This document shows positions 1 through 11,105 of a stretch of 64,000 nucleotides of DNA, in pieces. Below the pieces are notes generated by a model, which was given only the letters and a program-made list of their open reading frames with translations, did no database searches and was not told the DNA's origin. Where the stretch lies: positions 1 to 64,000 of IMG/VR virus record IMGVR_UViG_3300021378_000014; one strand, written 5' to 3'. Every line of letters begins with the position of its first letter. Within the stretch, counting starts at the first letter, position 1. The translations under genes were made by a program, and so were the position numbers. Source of the DNA: a virus.

Positions 1-2
1 CT

Positions 3-3000
3 GTAGGTATTGATTCTGTAATGCAAAAGCTAATAGAAAAAGCTAGAGCCGCTGAACGTATTTATAATAAATATAACAACCGAGTAATTAAACCTGGTGT
101 TAGTGAAGAAGTTGTAGCAAGGCAACGAGCTTTGCAGATGGATGCTGAATTTAATTTAGATACACAACGTGATGAATTAACTAAAGCTGAATTAGAAGTT
201 GAACGTTTAATGCCAAATATGAGCATTACTACTTCTTTCTTTAGAGAAAGTGTTCAATTAAAAGCTAATCGTGAAGCTAAAGCTATTTTAGAAACAGCAC
301 TTACAAATAAAAATACTACAGATAAAGCTAAAGCTTCTATTGTTAAGCAAATTCAATTGCTTAAAGAAAATAATGAAGCATTAGCGGCTAGTTTAGATGC
401 TGTAAATCCTGGATTAGATAAAAGAGCTTTAACTGGCTCTGAACCTGATCAAGAATTATTAGATACAGCTACTGATGTAGTATTACGTAAAGCCATTATT
501 GCTCAAATTAGTGATAACTTACTTGATCTTTCTTTACCTAAGACTACCGAAGAAATTGCTACTTCTCTAGCTGAAGAAAAGGAACGTAAAACTAAAGAAG
601 CTTATACTCAATTTACTACAGAAGTAAATAATCCAACTACAACTTCTGCTAAGTTAGAATCTATGCTTAGCACTTTAGAATCTACTGATCCTAATTTTGA
701 TAAAAAATCTAAAGTTCTTACAAAACGGATTAAAGATACTAAACGTCAAGAAGCTATAGCTGAAACAGCAAAACGCAAGGCAGAAATTGCTGAAGCTGAA
801 AGATTAAAAAGTACAGAAGCTGCACCTGTAGCTGTAACTCCGGTTGCGGCAACAACTGCCCCAGCAATAACAGTAACTTCTGTAACTACTACAGAACCTG
901 AAGTTGAATCTGCAACTCAAAGTGAAGAGATAACTACTGAAAAACTAGTTGAAGAGCTTGGTACATTAAAAGCAAAACAAGTTCTTGAAGCTATTGAGAA
1001 TGTAAAGTATATGCTCGGAGAAAGTGGAGCTTTACTAGTTACTGAACTACGTAAACTAGCTAAAAAAGCTAAGAAATCTCTTGGTGATCTTGCGGCAGCT
1101 TATCTTAATCAAGAAGCAGATAAACTTGATCCGTCTATTGTTAAAACAGAACTTGTACCTGAAACTGTAGAAGATAGTACAGAAATTAATGCAGTAAAAG
1201 ATAATACAAATGAATTTACCGGAACAGAAACTTTACCAGAAACTTCAGAACCTGTTGTATCAACTATTGTTGAAGAGGTTCAAGGAAAAGAAACAGAAAC
1301 AGAAATTACCAAAGAGGAAGAGGTAGCAACTAAACCTACTCGTACAAGAGTATATAGTGTTATAGCTACCCCTTTTATTGGGGAGTTTAGTGCTAAAAAA
1401 ATTGAAGGATTAATTGGCACTAAGCTATTTGAAGGTGATGTTATTAATACAAGTTATGATAATGGACGTAATAACGGAACTCGTACTTTAATTACTTTTA
1501 TCGTTAAAGATGGTAAGTTAACAGCTAAAGGTTTACCTGCATTTAGTGTATCTAAATCTCGTCGTAGATTTGGTGCATTAGTTGTAAATGAAGATTTACG
1601 TCCAGCGCCTGTAGTTGAAGCACCGACAGTGACTGAAATTCCTGCAGTACCTGAACCTGCGCCTATTGTAGTTGAAGAAACTATTGTAATTGATAACACA
1701 AACTACGGTTCTGCTAATATTTTTGTTCAACCTCTGGCAAAAGGTTTAATTCAAAAAGGAGATACGTACAAAGCTAGTGAAGAAGCAGTAACTGTTATTG
1801 ATGTAGTAAAAGCTATGCAAGTTGGTGATGATATTACATTAGAAGTTGATACTAGTAATGAATATCATAAAGATAATGAAGATAACGCAGCTATAGTAAT
1901 TAAAAAAGATGGAATTGTAATCGGTATGTTAAATATTATTGATTCAATTCAAACTGCTATTAAAAATACGGAGGATCCGGCTGCTGCTAAAATCTTTATG
2001 ACTAACTTAGAAGCTACTCGTAAACTTAGATCAGTAGTTTGGAATAATGGTAATCCAGTTGTAGTATCTACTAAAGTAACTAAACTTACTAGTGGTACTT
2101 TAATTAAAGGTGAAACTTTCATTCCAGTACAAGATAGTTTAGTTGGAGAGTTTGAATTGTATTATGCTGATGATGGTGTAGCTGAAAATGTAGTAATTGA
2201 TCAGCTTATCTCTATTACTGGGAAAGATACTTATGTTAGAACAGGAAACAAAGATTTTCATAATTCAGATTTACAATATACACCTGGTGTATTTTATGCT
2301 TTAATTGCTGGATTAAATGATAATACTGGTTTTAATTCTAAAGAAGAAGTTCAAAATAAAGTAGTAGTAAGATTACGTGTAGCTAATTTAGGTACAAAAG
2401 AACAAAATACTTTATACGGTACTATTGGTAAAGTAATTGAACTAATGCGATCTGGTGAAATTGATTTCAATAAAAATGAAAATTTAAATCAGTTACGTAC
2501 AGCTATTGGTGATATTACAGCTTTTAATAAAAATAATGATAATACTGATGGTACAGTTACTAAGCCATATTTCAAAATACATAAACAGTATATTGAATTT
2601 TTAGCTTACGGTGATACTAAACTGGTACGTATTTATTTTAATAAAGGTAAAGCTAGTTCTACTGTTGTAGTTCATCCTTTTGATAGCAATGCTGGTGATT
2701 ATAATACCTGGGCCGGATTCCGAAAAATGGTAGGCGCAAAGGAATTAGAGGCAAATTTTGACCAGCAAACCGGCGAGAAAGCGCGTGAGATTGTTTTAGC
2801 GGCTTTAGCTACTAAACAGCACCAAATATCTTTGGCAAAGATTAAAAGCGGCCAGATCAGCGCAAAACAATTAATGGACGAAAAGAAGTTGCTGGCTGAT
2901 GTTGGAAAAGTAGTTGATTCTAAAGGTAAAGGTGTTACTAATTTTGTACCTAAAGAGAATAGAGAAAAAACTAGTAACTTAGTTATTAGTGTTGCTTCTG

Positions 3001-6000
3001 GAATTAATGATGGTACAAATACGCAGGTTAAAACCGCTTTCCCAGTAATAGAGAAGGCGAAGCCTGCAAAAAAACCAACTACACAACCCGCTGCTGAAGA
3101 TGATGATATTGCTGCATTACGTAAGTTTATGGAAGATAATCCTACTGAAACTGACGAACGTTATGATGCACTTACTATGCAAGTAGTTGGTCCTATTGCT
3201 ACAGAAGTTTCAGTTTCTATTGAAGAACGTACAGCTAATTGGGAACGTATGTTTGGTAAAAACGTACCATTTGATCCTAATGTTGATGGACTTATTCGAT
3301 ATAAAGGTAAACTTGCTTATGGTTTATTTTCACAAGCTGCCGTTCAATTAAGTAAATTTGCACCAGTTGGCGCTGAAGCCCACGAAGCTTTTCACGTAGC
3401 TATGCACATTTATCTTAGTGAAGAAGCTAGGACTAAAATATACGCAGAAGCTAAAGCTAAATATGGAGATTTAACTGAACGCCAACTTGAAGAATTACTT
3501 GCTGAAGATTTTAGATTATTTGCTATAACTAATAAAACCAAACAAACAGGTATTATTCGTACATTTTTTAATAGACTTAAAGCGTTTATTGAAAATATAC
3601 TTGGTAAATATTCTACTGATCGTTTATTTAATGAAATTAACAGTGGTTATTTTAATTATGCACCTACCGCTAAATCATTAGAATACGCACGTAAAATTGG
3701 TATGACTATGGAAGCTACTCCAGAAGATATTTACGGAGCTGCTAACTTAGATCAATATGTTAATTACATGACAGGAATTGTTAACCAGTGGATTGGTGAA
3801 CATCCTAATGTAACAATGAAAGAAAGAAGTAATAATAACGATTTAAATATTCGTTTAGTAACTAAAGATCAATTAAAGTTGCATTTAGGTACTTTATTAA
3901 ATGAATTAGATACTGTTACAGATAAAAATCGTTTAGCTTCTATTATTCAAGCTGGTAAAATTATTAAATCTTTAATTCTAGATTTAGATACTAAAGATAG
4001 TGCTCTATGGGCTAAAGTTGTAGATAATGCTGATCGCTTGCTTAATTTACGTATTGAAGAAGAAGTTGAATTTGAAGGTAACAATAAACTCAATAAAGAT
4101 TGGGATGATAGACTTGCTTATTCTCGCTCTAGTAAAGAATCATTTGACTTTGATTTGAAACGTATCATTATGGCTACAAGAGCTGTAGATGAATATACTC
4201 AAACTGAAGATGGTATGATGTATACTTATAAACAAGAGAATGCAGCTTTACTTCCTACTTTTATTAATTTCGATTATGTCTATGGTCATTTAGCTAGTCA
4301 AATGGCTAATGCTAGAGATGTAGAAGAAATGATGGCTAGACTTGCTAATATGGCTCAAGCTGATCCTAGCTTTATGTTATTGTGGGAGCGTATTACCGGT
4401 AATCCTTTATTTCAAGCTAAGTGGTTTAGTAACTTTAATAAAACATTTATTGAAGCTGACCATCATCGTATTGTAAGTACAGATGTTGGATTGCGAGTGA
4501 CTAAATCTATTAGTAATAAACGTTACACTTTAGCTGATAACTGGCTTTCTACTATTAATGCTTTAGTATTTGAAAGTAATAAACATGATAATAGTTTTTT
4601 TAATAGTACTTTTAAAATTAAAGTTACTAAACTATTAGAAGAAACTACTGCTTTGTTTAGAAATGCTGAAAGTACGCCACTTGAAATTGCAACGAGTTTA
4701 TCTAAATTAGCTAATGAAATTGGTATTGATTTGCCTGCTGATATTATCTTAAAAATTGGAGATAATCAAGCTTTAGCTGATGGTAAAACTTGGCAAGAAA
4801 CTGTTAATACTTTAATAAATAAACCTTTAAGTATTATTATGCGAGGATTTACTCGTACTATTGATACGGGTAATCCTATTAAATTTGAAAACAGAGGTAG
4901 ATTGAATGAATTAGCTGCTGTTACTAACTTCTTTATTTTTGATTCTACAGAGAACAGTTATTTTGGAGTTGATGGTAATATGCGTTTTAGTCTTAGCAAA
5001 CCATCTTTTATTACGGATTGGTTTGATGATATTAATCAACTTTTAAATCCCTTTACTGTACTTAAAAAGAAAGCTAAATTAAGAGTTCTTCGTAAGTTTC
5101 AAGCTTATGCTCAAGATCCTAGCTTTCAAGCAAGTAATTGGTTATGGAGTACTAAAAACAAACCGGGTATATTTAATGTACCTCATACTACAAATGTAAT
5201 GTCTTTAACTGTAGATAATTTGAATATGAATTTTATCTCTAACTTTAGTTTTACTAAAGATGATGGATTAAAAAACATAAACAAACGTAAAGGTGCTGGT
5301 TATGATGCTCAATCTACACAAGATTGGGATATTAGTAACTTATTGAAATACTTTACTGGTCGTAACAGTAGTATGGCTACTTATCCGATTGTAGTTCAAT
5401 CTGATAGTGGAAATATGTGGAATATTACTAGTACTCGTATCTCAATTTATGAAAATGGAGTTCCTGCTGTTGATGAAAAAGGTAATATTAGTAATACAAG
5501 TAAACTTTACCAAGCTTTATTTAATACTATTAATCAAGAATTAATACGTATGAAGCAAGCTAGAGAATTACTGTTTACAGTTGATCCTGTTACTCAAGAA
5601 CTTAAAGTTAAAGAGGGTATTGAATATGGCGCATTACAAGTTAGATATCATTATCAGAAATTAGATGAAAATGGTGTTCCTATTCTTTTAGTTGACGGTA
5701 AACCTACAGGTAGAGTATTTAGATTTGATAACATGACGTTTGCTGATAATACAGGTAAACTTCAAACGTTAAATAATCGAGGTATTACATATAACGGTAT
5801 GTACCGAGCTGAAGCTCATACTCAAGAAACTACTCAGATTATTGATAAGTTTATTAGAGAATTTGTTAAAAGTCAAGTTATTGCGGGTAATGCTAAATAT
5901 AAAGGATACAAAGAAGTATTAGCTAATTCAAAAGATAATTTTGGTAGTACAATATTAGGTCTTTATAATGATGTGGGTAAAGTAACGGCTTATCAATCTG

Positions 6001-9000
6001 CTATTACTGAACTTATGTTAAATACTTATCTTACTTACGTAGAACATGGTAATTTCATTAATGGAAATATCAGTGAATACAAAGATAATAAAGATACTAA
6101 TAAACGAGCAAAACAAAGTAGTAGTCCTCGTCAAATTCTTAGTACCATTTTTAGAGGTAAAACTTATAAAGGTATTACGTTTGCTGATATTGAAATTACT
6201 AGTTCATTTTATGATGGAATGGTAGAAAATGTAGCAAAACAATTAATAGCTAAAGGTGGATATGACGGATTGAGTTACGATGCAGCTAAAATGCGTAAGA
6301 AAACTCTTCCTGATAATTCTAATACTTTAGAAAAAGATATTCATTTTATTACTAGTGGATATTTATCTATTAATCGTGCCGATGCTCAATCGTATAATAC
6401 AATTGATCGTTATAAAGCTACAATGCAAGATGCTGGACGTTGGAATAATGTATCTGAAGCTGCGTTTCTTAAAATAAAAGTTGGTGAAGATTTAACTGCA
6501 TCTGAATTAAAAGGTTTTTTACAAGTTATTAAACCTTTTTATTACGATAATGTTTATGATTCTCGTATTGGTAAAATGAGAAGTCGTCAATTAAAGAATA
6601 GTATTTTACCATTGATACCTCAACTTGTTAAAGGTACAGCAATGGCTAAAGTACTAGCTGCAATGGAAACCGCAGGTATTGAAGAAGCTTATTTTCAATC
6701 TGCTACTAAAGTAGGTATGGGCTTTATCAATAAAATTACAGATGATCTTGGTAATCTTACTGAAGGCTTTGATGCTAATCTAGTTACTGAAACTTATTTT
6801 AATGCTCATTGGGGTTTACAGCTAGATGTACCTAGTCACTTAAAAGATCAAGAAAATAAACTAGGTGTACAAGTTAGTAAGATTCTTATAGCTAATTTAA
6901 GTAACGATGCTATTTATCAATACAAAGGTTCTTCTATTACTGGGAAAGAACTTCGAGAAAAATACTTTGATTTACTTAGTGCTAATATTGAAGATTCTGC
7001 TCGTAGTTTACTTAAACGTATTGGAGCAAAACAAGTTAATGGCACTTGGACAATTGAAGATTTAACTAAAATTCAAGAAGTACTTGTTAGTGAACTTGAA
7101 AGTAGAGGATTAAGTAAAAATTACACTGAAGCTTTAGAATTTGTAACTGATAGTTTAACAGGAGAAAAAGTATTTAATCTTCCGTTATTTGTTAGTAATA
7201 TGAGTACTAAATTTGAAAGTGTACTTACTAGTTTATTTACTAATAATGTAACTAATCAAAAATTTCCTGGAGGTCACGTTGTACTTGCTAGTGACGCTTT
7301 AATTACGCAGTATGATAATGTTATTAAACCTACCACAAAAGAACCTACTGTTGGAGATATTGTAACTATTGATTATTATTTTGCTGGGCAAGATAAACTA
7401 GTTCCAGTTAAAGCTAAAATAAACAAGCTTGAAAAGTATTATCAAGGAAAAAGTAGAACAACATTACCAAATGGAGAAGTTATAGAAAATCCAGGAACTC
7501 TTGAGTATTATGTAGAATTAACAAATGTAAATAACAATAAAGTTTATAAAGTAACAGTAGATACTTCTGGAATTATAGAACAAACTCATGGTAAAGGTAT
7601 ATTTATAGGAGGAGACAATTATATTAAAGAATTTGATATTAAGAATAGCATTTCTGAAAAAAATACAATCAACGCTACTGGAATTAATTTCCGTAATGAA
7701 GTTATGGATAGAGTAGTTGATGGTACTTTTAGACTTAATCCGCCTATTCTTGAAAATGGTAGAATTGTAGAAGCTGAAGCTTTACTTCCTGCTTGGAGTA
7801 AAAAATTCTTTGATGAAGAAGGTAATCGTATTGATATTAATGATTTACCAGAAGAATTACTGGTAATGATTGGTTATCGTATTCCTACTGAAGCTAAATA
7901 CTCTGTACCTGTAATTAAAGTTGTAGGATTTTTACCGGAAGGTCATGACAGTACAATTGTATTACCTTATGAACTTATTACACAAACTGGATGGGATTTT
8001 GACGTTGATAGTTTTTATATTATGCAACGTAGTTTTGAAGGTAGTGTAGCAGAAGGATTTAAATTAGTTACTGATGAATCTACAAGAGCTGGAAGAAATA
8101 ACGCTATATTTGATATTTATATGGCTATTCTTACTAATCCTTATCATTATGTAGAGAATATAAATCCTGGTAAGTTTACTGATCCTGTAGCTTTAAAGAA
8201 ACGACAAGAGTTTCTTACTGGTGTAGCTGTTGATGACATTAATCCTAATACACGTGATGGTCAAGATTTCTTTAGAAATACTAACATTGCAGGTCGAGCA
8301 CTTAAAGGTTTAGCTGCAAACTCAAATGGTATTTTACCAGTACTTCAAAATATAGAAGCTGAGTTTGGACAAGGTTTTACTTTTACTATGGCTTATGATT
8401 TAAGTAAATACAGTGAACAAGAGTTACGCGATAAATACGGAGAAGATGTTATTATTGAAGGTACTACAGCAATAGTTACACACCGTAAAATTGGCCATTC
8501 TCCTGATGGTAGTTTTACTAATATTAATGGAGATGTTACTACAGATCACGCAGCTCAAATGCTAGCTATGATTCTTGATATTGTTAAAGAAGGTTTACCG
8601 TATAATATCAATACTTATACGTTTGATACTTTTATGGCTATGCTGACTACAGGAATTGATATTAATCATGCTGGTATGTTTATGCGTCAACCCATCATTA
8701 ATAGTTTAGCTGAATTTAAATTAAACAGTGATGGTATTCTTGCTAATAGTACTACTAGACCTATGGAATATATGCGTCGTGATTATCAAACACGACTGTA
8801 TAAGTTAATGGTTATGGAAGGTATTATCAGTAAAGAAGATGCAGTTAAACGTGGACTTGCTATTAATAACGAGAATGGTTTCTACTTTAAAAAGAATAAA
8901 ACTATTTGGCTTACTCATAAAAATAATGATGAAACTAAGTTAGCTAGTGCTGTTTTAGGATTCGATTCTCGTGATACTAAAACTTGGACATTACGTGAAC

Positions 9001-10643
9001 TTGAAGCTGGAATTGCAGCAAGTAACGTGAATAATACAGATGCTATTAAAGCAGAAGGTTTTAAAGGTTGGGCTGATATGAGTAATTTAGAAAAAATAGA
9101 TTACTTTAAAAATCAACTAACTGTACTTGAAATGTTTACTCGTTACAAGAAAAGTGGTGATGCTTTTAGTGCTATTATGAAAGTATTAAATACTGATAAA
9201 TTAGGAGCAGGGCCTAGCCTTTCAGTTACTAATCTTTGGTATGAAAACTATGATGTAGCTAATGGTATTAATCCATTCACTGGAGCTCCTGGTGATATTC
9301 CTATTGTAGTTGGTAATAAATCTGCAGTAGACGCTGTATTTCAAGATGGTGCTTACAAGCCTATGAATGCTTATAAAACTTGGGCTAATGACTTGAGTTA
9401 TAGCGTACTTAGTAAGTTATTTATTGAATATAGCAAAGCTATTCAACAAACTCGGAGTTCTATTTATAGTGTACTTGGCAGACCTAATACTGAAAAAGAC
9501 GGAGTAATTTATACTTTTATGAAGCAAATGCTTAATAACAAGTTATCTTACTTTAAGAAGTTTGACCCTAAACAAGTATTAGGAATTGACTTAGAATTAC
9601 AGTTAACTTTAGATATTACAGATAGTACTAATTTAGAGGCATTTACTAAACTTAGTACTGCTAATAAAGTACAACTTGTTAAAACTCAGTTAGTTGAAGC
9701 GTACAGTGAAAATAGAGCACATATGCTTCATTTTCTTAAACCTAAATTAGATGAAAATTCATTAGATAATAATGAAATTCATCGCTTAGATTTTAGTAAG
9801 CCTAATAGTTCTGACGGTATTGATAACTTAGTTATTGATAGCTTTGATGAAATGTTTGATTCTGATAATCCTTTTATTAAACATCTTGCTGAAGATTTAT
9901 TAGCATATAATTATTTTACAACCGGTATTACTTTTAATAAAAGTAGTTATGCTACTTATATTCCGAGTAGAGTAATGGTTAGTGAAGATTATATGAATAT
10001 GCGTAATGAACTTCAAATATGGAAAACTCTATCAGATAACGATGGGGGTCTATTTGTTAGAAGAGGTGAATCTACTAATTCTGATATTGTAGATATCTTT
10101 ATGCGTAATAGCTGGAATAATGATATTATTGTTCCTAAAGTTAAAAGTCGTTACGTAAGAGATGCAGAAGGTAACTTTATTACTAACGAAGAATCAGGTA
10201 GTAATGAAACTGTAGATGGAACTCCAGATTGGAACTTTCATAATTCAAGTGCAGTACTTGCAGTTAGTTCTGCAGATTTAAACAAGGAAGATCCTAATAT
10301 TAGAAATGCTAGTTATATTCTTCTTTCTAAGTTTGTAGACGGAGCGTTAGAAACTACATTAATGAAACGTTATTTTTCAGAAGAAGCTTTAACTGAAGAA
10401 GATGTTGAAAAAGCAACACCAAAAGAAGATACTATTTATTACTATCCAGTTAGTAAACTTAGTACATCTAGTTCTGGTTATGAGTTTAGTCAAACTTCTA
10501 TTTTTAAAGAAAATAACGTACCTTACACGGAAGATTTATACGTTGAACAAATTGACGGACTTAAATCTGGTGAATATAAGAGTTTAATGGATATTATTAA
10601 CGAACGTAAAGCAAAGAATGATGACAATATCAGAGGTTGTTAG
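3..10643 (+). CDS. Giant virion (injected) RNA polymerase-containing protein, crAss-like; 5'-truncated by the window edge
   Basis: The frame is open from position 3, upstream of the ATG at 21. Two-barrel RNAP catalytic motif GWDFDVD (DFDVD at 7995-8009) is preceded by GYRIPTEAKYS. Zincin HEAFH (3381-3395) has a downstream EELLAEDF. Position at the end of the late block is typical of Crassvirales. Confidence 0.88.
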   Translation, partial: VGIDSVMQKLIEKARAAERIYNKYNNRVIKPGVSEEVVARQRALQMDAEFNLDTQRDELTKAELEVERLMPNMSITTSFFRESVQLKANREAKAILETALTNKNTTDKAKASIVKQIQLLKENNEALAASLDAVNPGLDKRALTGSEPDQELLDTATDVVLRKAIIAQISDNLLDLSLPKTTEEIATSLAEEKERKTKEAYTQFTTEVNNPTTTSAKLESMLSTLESTDPNFDKKSKVLTKRIKDTKRQEAIAETAKRKAEIAEAERLKSTEAAPVAVTPVAATTAPAITVTSVTTTEPEVESATQSEEITTEKLVEELGTLKAKQVLEAIENVKYMLGESGALLVTELRKLAKKAKKSLGDLAAAYLNQEADKLDPSIVKTELVPETVEDSTEINAVKDNTNEFTGTETLPETSEPVVSTIVEEVQGKETETEITKEEEVATKPTRTRVYSVIATPFIGEFSAKKIEGLIGTKLFEGDVINTSYDNGRNNGTRTLITFIVKDGKLTAKGLPAFSVSKSRRRFGALVVNEDLRPAPVVEAPTVTEIPAVPEPAPIVVEETIVIDNTNYGSANIFVQPLAKGLIQKGDTYKASEEAVTVIDVVKAMQVGDDITLEVDTSNEYHKDNEDNAAIVIKKDGIVIGMLNIIDSIQTAIKNTEDPAAAKIFMTNLEATRKLRSVVWNNGNPVVVSTKVTKLTSGTLIKGETFIPVQDSLVGEFELYYADDGVAENVVIDQLISITGKDTYVRTGNKDFHNSDLQYTPGVFYALIAGLNDNTGFNSKEEVQNKVVVRLRVANLGTKEQNTLYGTIGKVIELMRSGEIDFNKNENLNQLRTAIGDITAFNKNNDNTDGTVTKPYFKIHKQYIEFLAYGDTKLVRIYFNKGKASSTVVVHPFDSNAGDYNTWAGFRKMVGAKELEANFDQQTGEKAREIVLAALATKQHQISLAKIKSGQISAKQLMDEKKLLADVGKVVDSKGKGVTNFVPKENREKTSNLVISVASGINDGTNTQVKTAFPVIEKAKPAKKPTTQPAAEDDDIAALRKFMEDNPTETDERYDALTMQVVGPIATEVSVSIEERTANWERMFGKNVPFDPNVDGLIRYKGKLAYGLFSQAAVQLSKFAPVGAEAHEAFHVAMHIYLSEEARTKIYAEAKAKYGDLTERQLEELLAEDFRLFAITNKTKQTGIIRTFFNRLKAFIENILGKYSTDRLFNEINSGYFNYAPTAKSLEYARKIGMTMEATPEDIYGAANLDQYVNYMTGIVNQWIGEHPNVTMKERSNNNDLNIRLVTKDQLKLHLGTLLNELDTVTDKNRLASIIQAGKIIKSLILDLDTKDSALWAKVVDNADRLLNLRIEEEVEFEGNNKLNKDWDDRLAYSRSSKESFDFDLKRIIMATRAVDEYTQTEDGMMYTYKQENAALLPTFINFDYVYGHLASQMANARDVEEMMARLANMAQADPSFMLLWERITGNPLFQAKWFSNFNKTFIEADHHRIVSTDVGLRVTKSISNKRYTLADNWLSTINALVFESNKHDNSFFNSTFKIKVTKLLEETTALFRNAESTPLEIATSLSKLANEIGIDLPADIILKIGDNQALADGKTWQETVNTLINKPLSIIMRGFTRTIDTGNPIKFENRGRLNELAAVTNFFIFDSTENSYFGVDGNMRFSLSKPSFITDWFDDINQLLNPFTVLKKKAKLRVLRKFQAYAQDPSFQASNWLWSTKNKPGIFNVPHTTNVMSLTVDNLNMNFISNFSFTKDDGLKNINKRKGAGYDAQSTQDWDISNLLKYFTGRNSSMATYPIVVQSDSGNMWNITSTRISIYENGVPAVDEKGNISNTSKLYQALFNTINQELIRMKQARELLFTVDPVTQELKVKEGIEYGALQVRYHYQKLDENGVPILLVDGKPTGRVFRFDNMTFADNTGKLQTLNNRGITYNGMYRAEAHTQETTQIIDKFIREFVKSQVIAGNAKYKGYKEVLANSKDNFGSTILGLYNDVGKVTAYQSAITELMLNTYLTYVEHGNFINGNISEYKDNKDTNKRAKQSSSPRQILSTIFRGKTYKGITFADIEITSSFYDGMVENVAKQLIAKGGYDGLSYDAAKMRKKTLPDNSNTLEKDIHFITSGYLSINRADAQSYNTIDRYKATMQDAGRWNNVSEAAFLKIKVGEDLTASELKGFLQVIKPFYYDNVYDSRIGKMRSRQLKNSILPLIPQLVKGTAMAKVLAAMETAGIEEAYFQSATKVGMGFINKITDDLGNLTEGFDANLVTETYFNAHWGLQLDVPSHLKDQENKLGVQVSKILIANLSNDAIYQYKGSSITGKELREKYFDLLSANIEDSARSLLKRIGAKQVNGTWTIEDLTKIQEVLVSELESRGLSKNYTEALEFVTDSLTGEKVFNLPLFVSNMSTKFESVLTSLFTNNVTNQKFPGGHVVLASDALITQYDNVIKPTTKEPTVGDIVTIDYYFAGQDKLVPVKAKINKLEKYYQGKSRTTLPNGEVIENPGTLEYYVELTNVNNNKVYKVTVDTSGIIEQTHGKGIFIGGDNYIKEFDIKNSISEKNTINATGINFRNEVMDRVVDGTFRLNPPILENGRIVEAEALLPAWSKKFFDEEGNRIDINDLPEELLVMIGYRIPTEAKYSVPVIKVVGFLPEGHDSTIVLPYELITQTGWDFDVDSFYIMQRSFEGSVAEGFKLVTDESTRAGRNNAIFDIYMAILTNPYHYVENINPGKFTDPVALKKRQEFLTGVAVDDINPNTRDGQDFFRNTNIAGRALKGLAANSNGILPVLQNIEAEFGQGFTFTMAYDLSKYSEQELRDKYGEDVIIEGTTAIVTHRKIGHSPDGSFTNINGDVTTDHAAQMLAMILDIVKEGLPYNINTYTFDTFMAMLTTGIDINHAGMFMRQPIINSLAEFKLNSDGILANSTTRPMEYMRRDYQTRLYKLMVMEGIISKEDAVKRGLAINNENGFYFKKNKTIWLTHKNNDETKLASAVLGFDSRDTKTWTLRELEAGIAASNVNNTDAIKAEGFKGWADMSNLEKIDYFKNQLTVLEMFTRYKKSGDAFSAIMKVLNTDKLGAGPSLSVTNLWYENYDVANGINPFTGAPGDIPIVVGNKSAVDAVFQDGAYKPMNAYKTWANDLSYSVLSKLFIEYSKAIQQTRSSIYSVLGRPNTEKDGVIYTFMKQMLNNKLSYFKKFDPKQVLGIDLELQLTLDITDSTNLEAFTKLSTANKVQLVKTQLVEAYSENRAHMLHFLKPKLDENSLDNNEIHRLDFSKPNSSDGIDNLVIDSFDEMFDSDNPFIKHLAEDLLAYNYFTTGITFNKSSYATYIPSRVMVSEDYMNMRNELQIWKTLSDNDGGLFVRRGESTNSDIVDIFMRNSWNNDIIVPKVKSRYVRDAEGNFITNEESGSNETVDGTPDWNFHNSSAVLAVSSADLNKEDPNIRNASYILLSKFVDGALETTLMKRYFSEEALTEEDVEKATPKEDTIYYYPVSKLSTSSSGYEFSQTSIFKENNVPYTEDLYVEQIDGLKSGEYKSLMDIINERKAKNDDNIRGC

Positions 10644-11049
10644 TTATTTTGCTCATTATTGGGCTATTTTATTACTTCTTATTGGAGCTGGTACTGCTAA
10701 TGCTATTATGGATACTATACAATTCCATTTTGGAATTAGTATTTTTAAAAGTAGAAGTAATTGGTGGAACAATAAAACTAGTTGGGAGAATAAATGGAAA
10801 CTAGACGCTGAAGGTAAACCTATTGTTGGAAAACCTAGATTTTTTGGTAGTAGTACTTTTTTAGTATTTGTTACTGATGCTTGGCATTTTTTCCAATTTG
10901 TTATGTTTACACTATTTACAATTGCTATTCTTGCGTATAAACCTTATGCAACTGAATGGTACTTTTTTGTTGTTGACTTTATTGCATTTAAACTAATGTT
11001 TAGTGCTGCATTTATAGTTAACTGGAAATGGATTTTAGTTAAAAAGTAA
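10618..11049 (+). CDS. Small multi-pass membrane protein
   Basis: Three to four hydrophobic segments; overlaps the end of the RNAP gene by 26 nt; followed by a hairpin terminator. Confidence 0.75.
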   Translation: MMTISEVVSYFAHYWAILLLLIGAGTANAIMDTIQFHFGISIFKSRSNWWNNKTSWENKWKLDAEGKPIVGKPRFFGSSTFLVFVTDAWHFFQFVMFTLFTIAILAYKPYATEWYFFVVDFIAFKLMFSAAFIVNWKWILVKK

Positions 11050-11061
11050 TTAGTAAACTTG

Positions 11062-11093
11062 GTGCCGGTACTTTAATTAGTATCGGCACTTTT
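11062..11093 (+). terminator. Intrinsic terminator
   Basis: GTGCCGGTAC...GTATCGGCAC stem followed by TTTT. Confidence 0.65.
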
Positions 11094-11105
11094 AAATTAA
11101 ATAAC

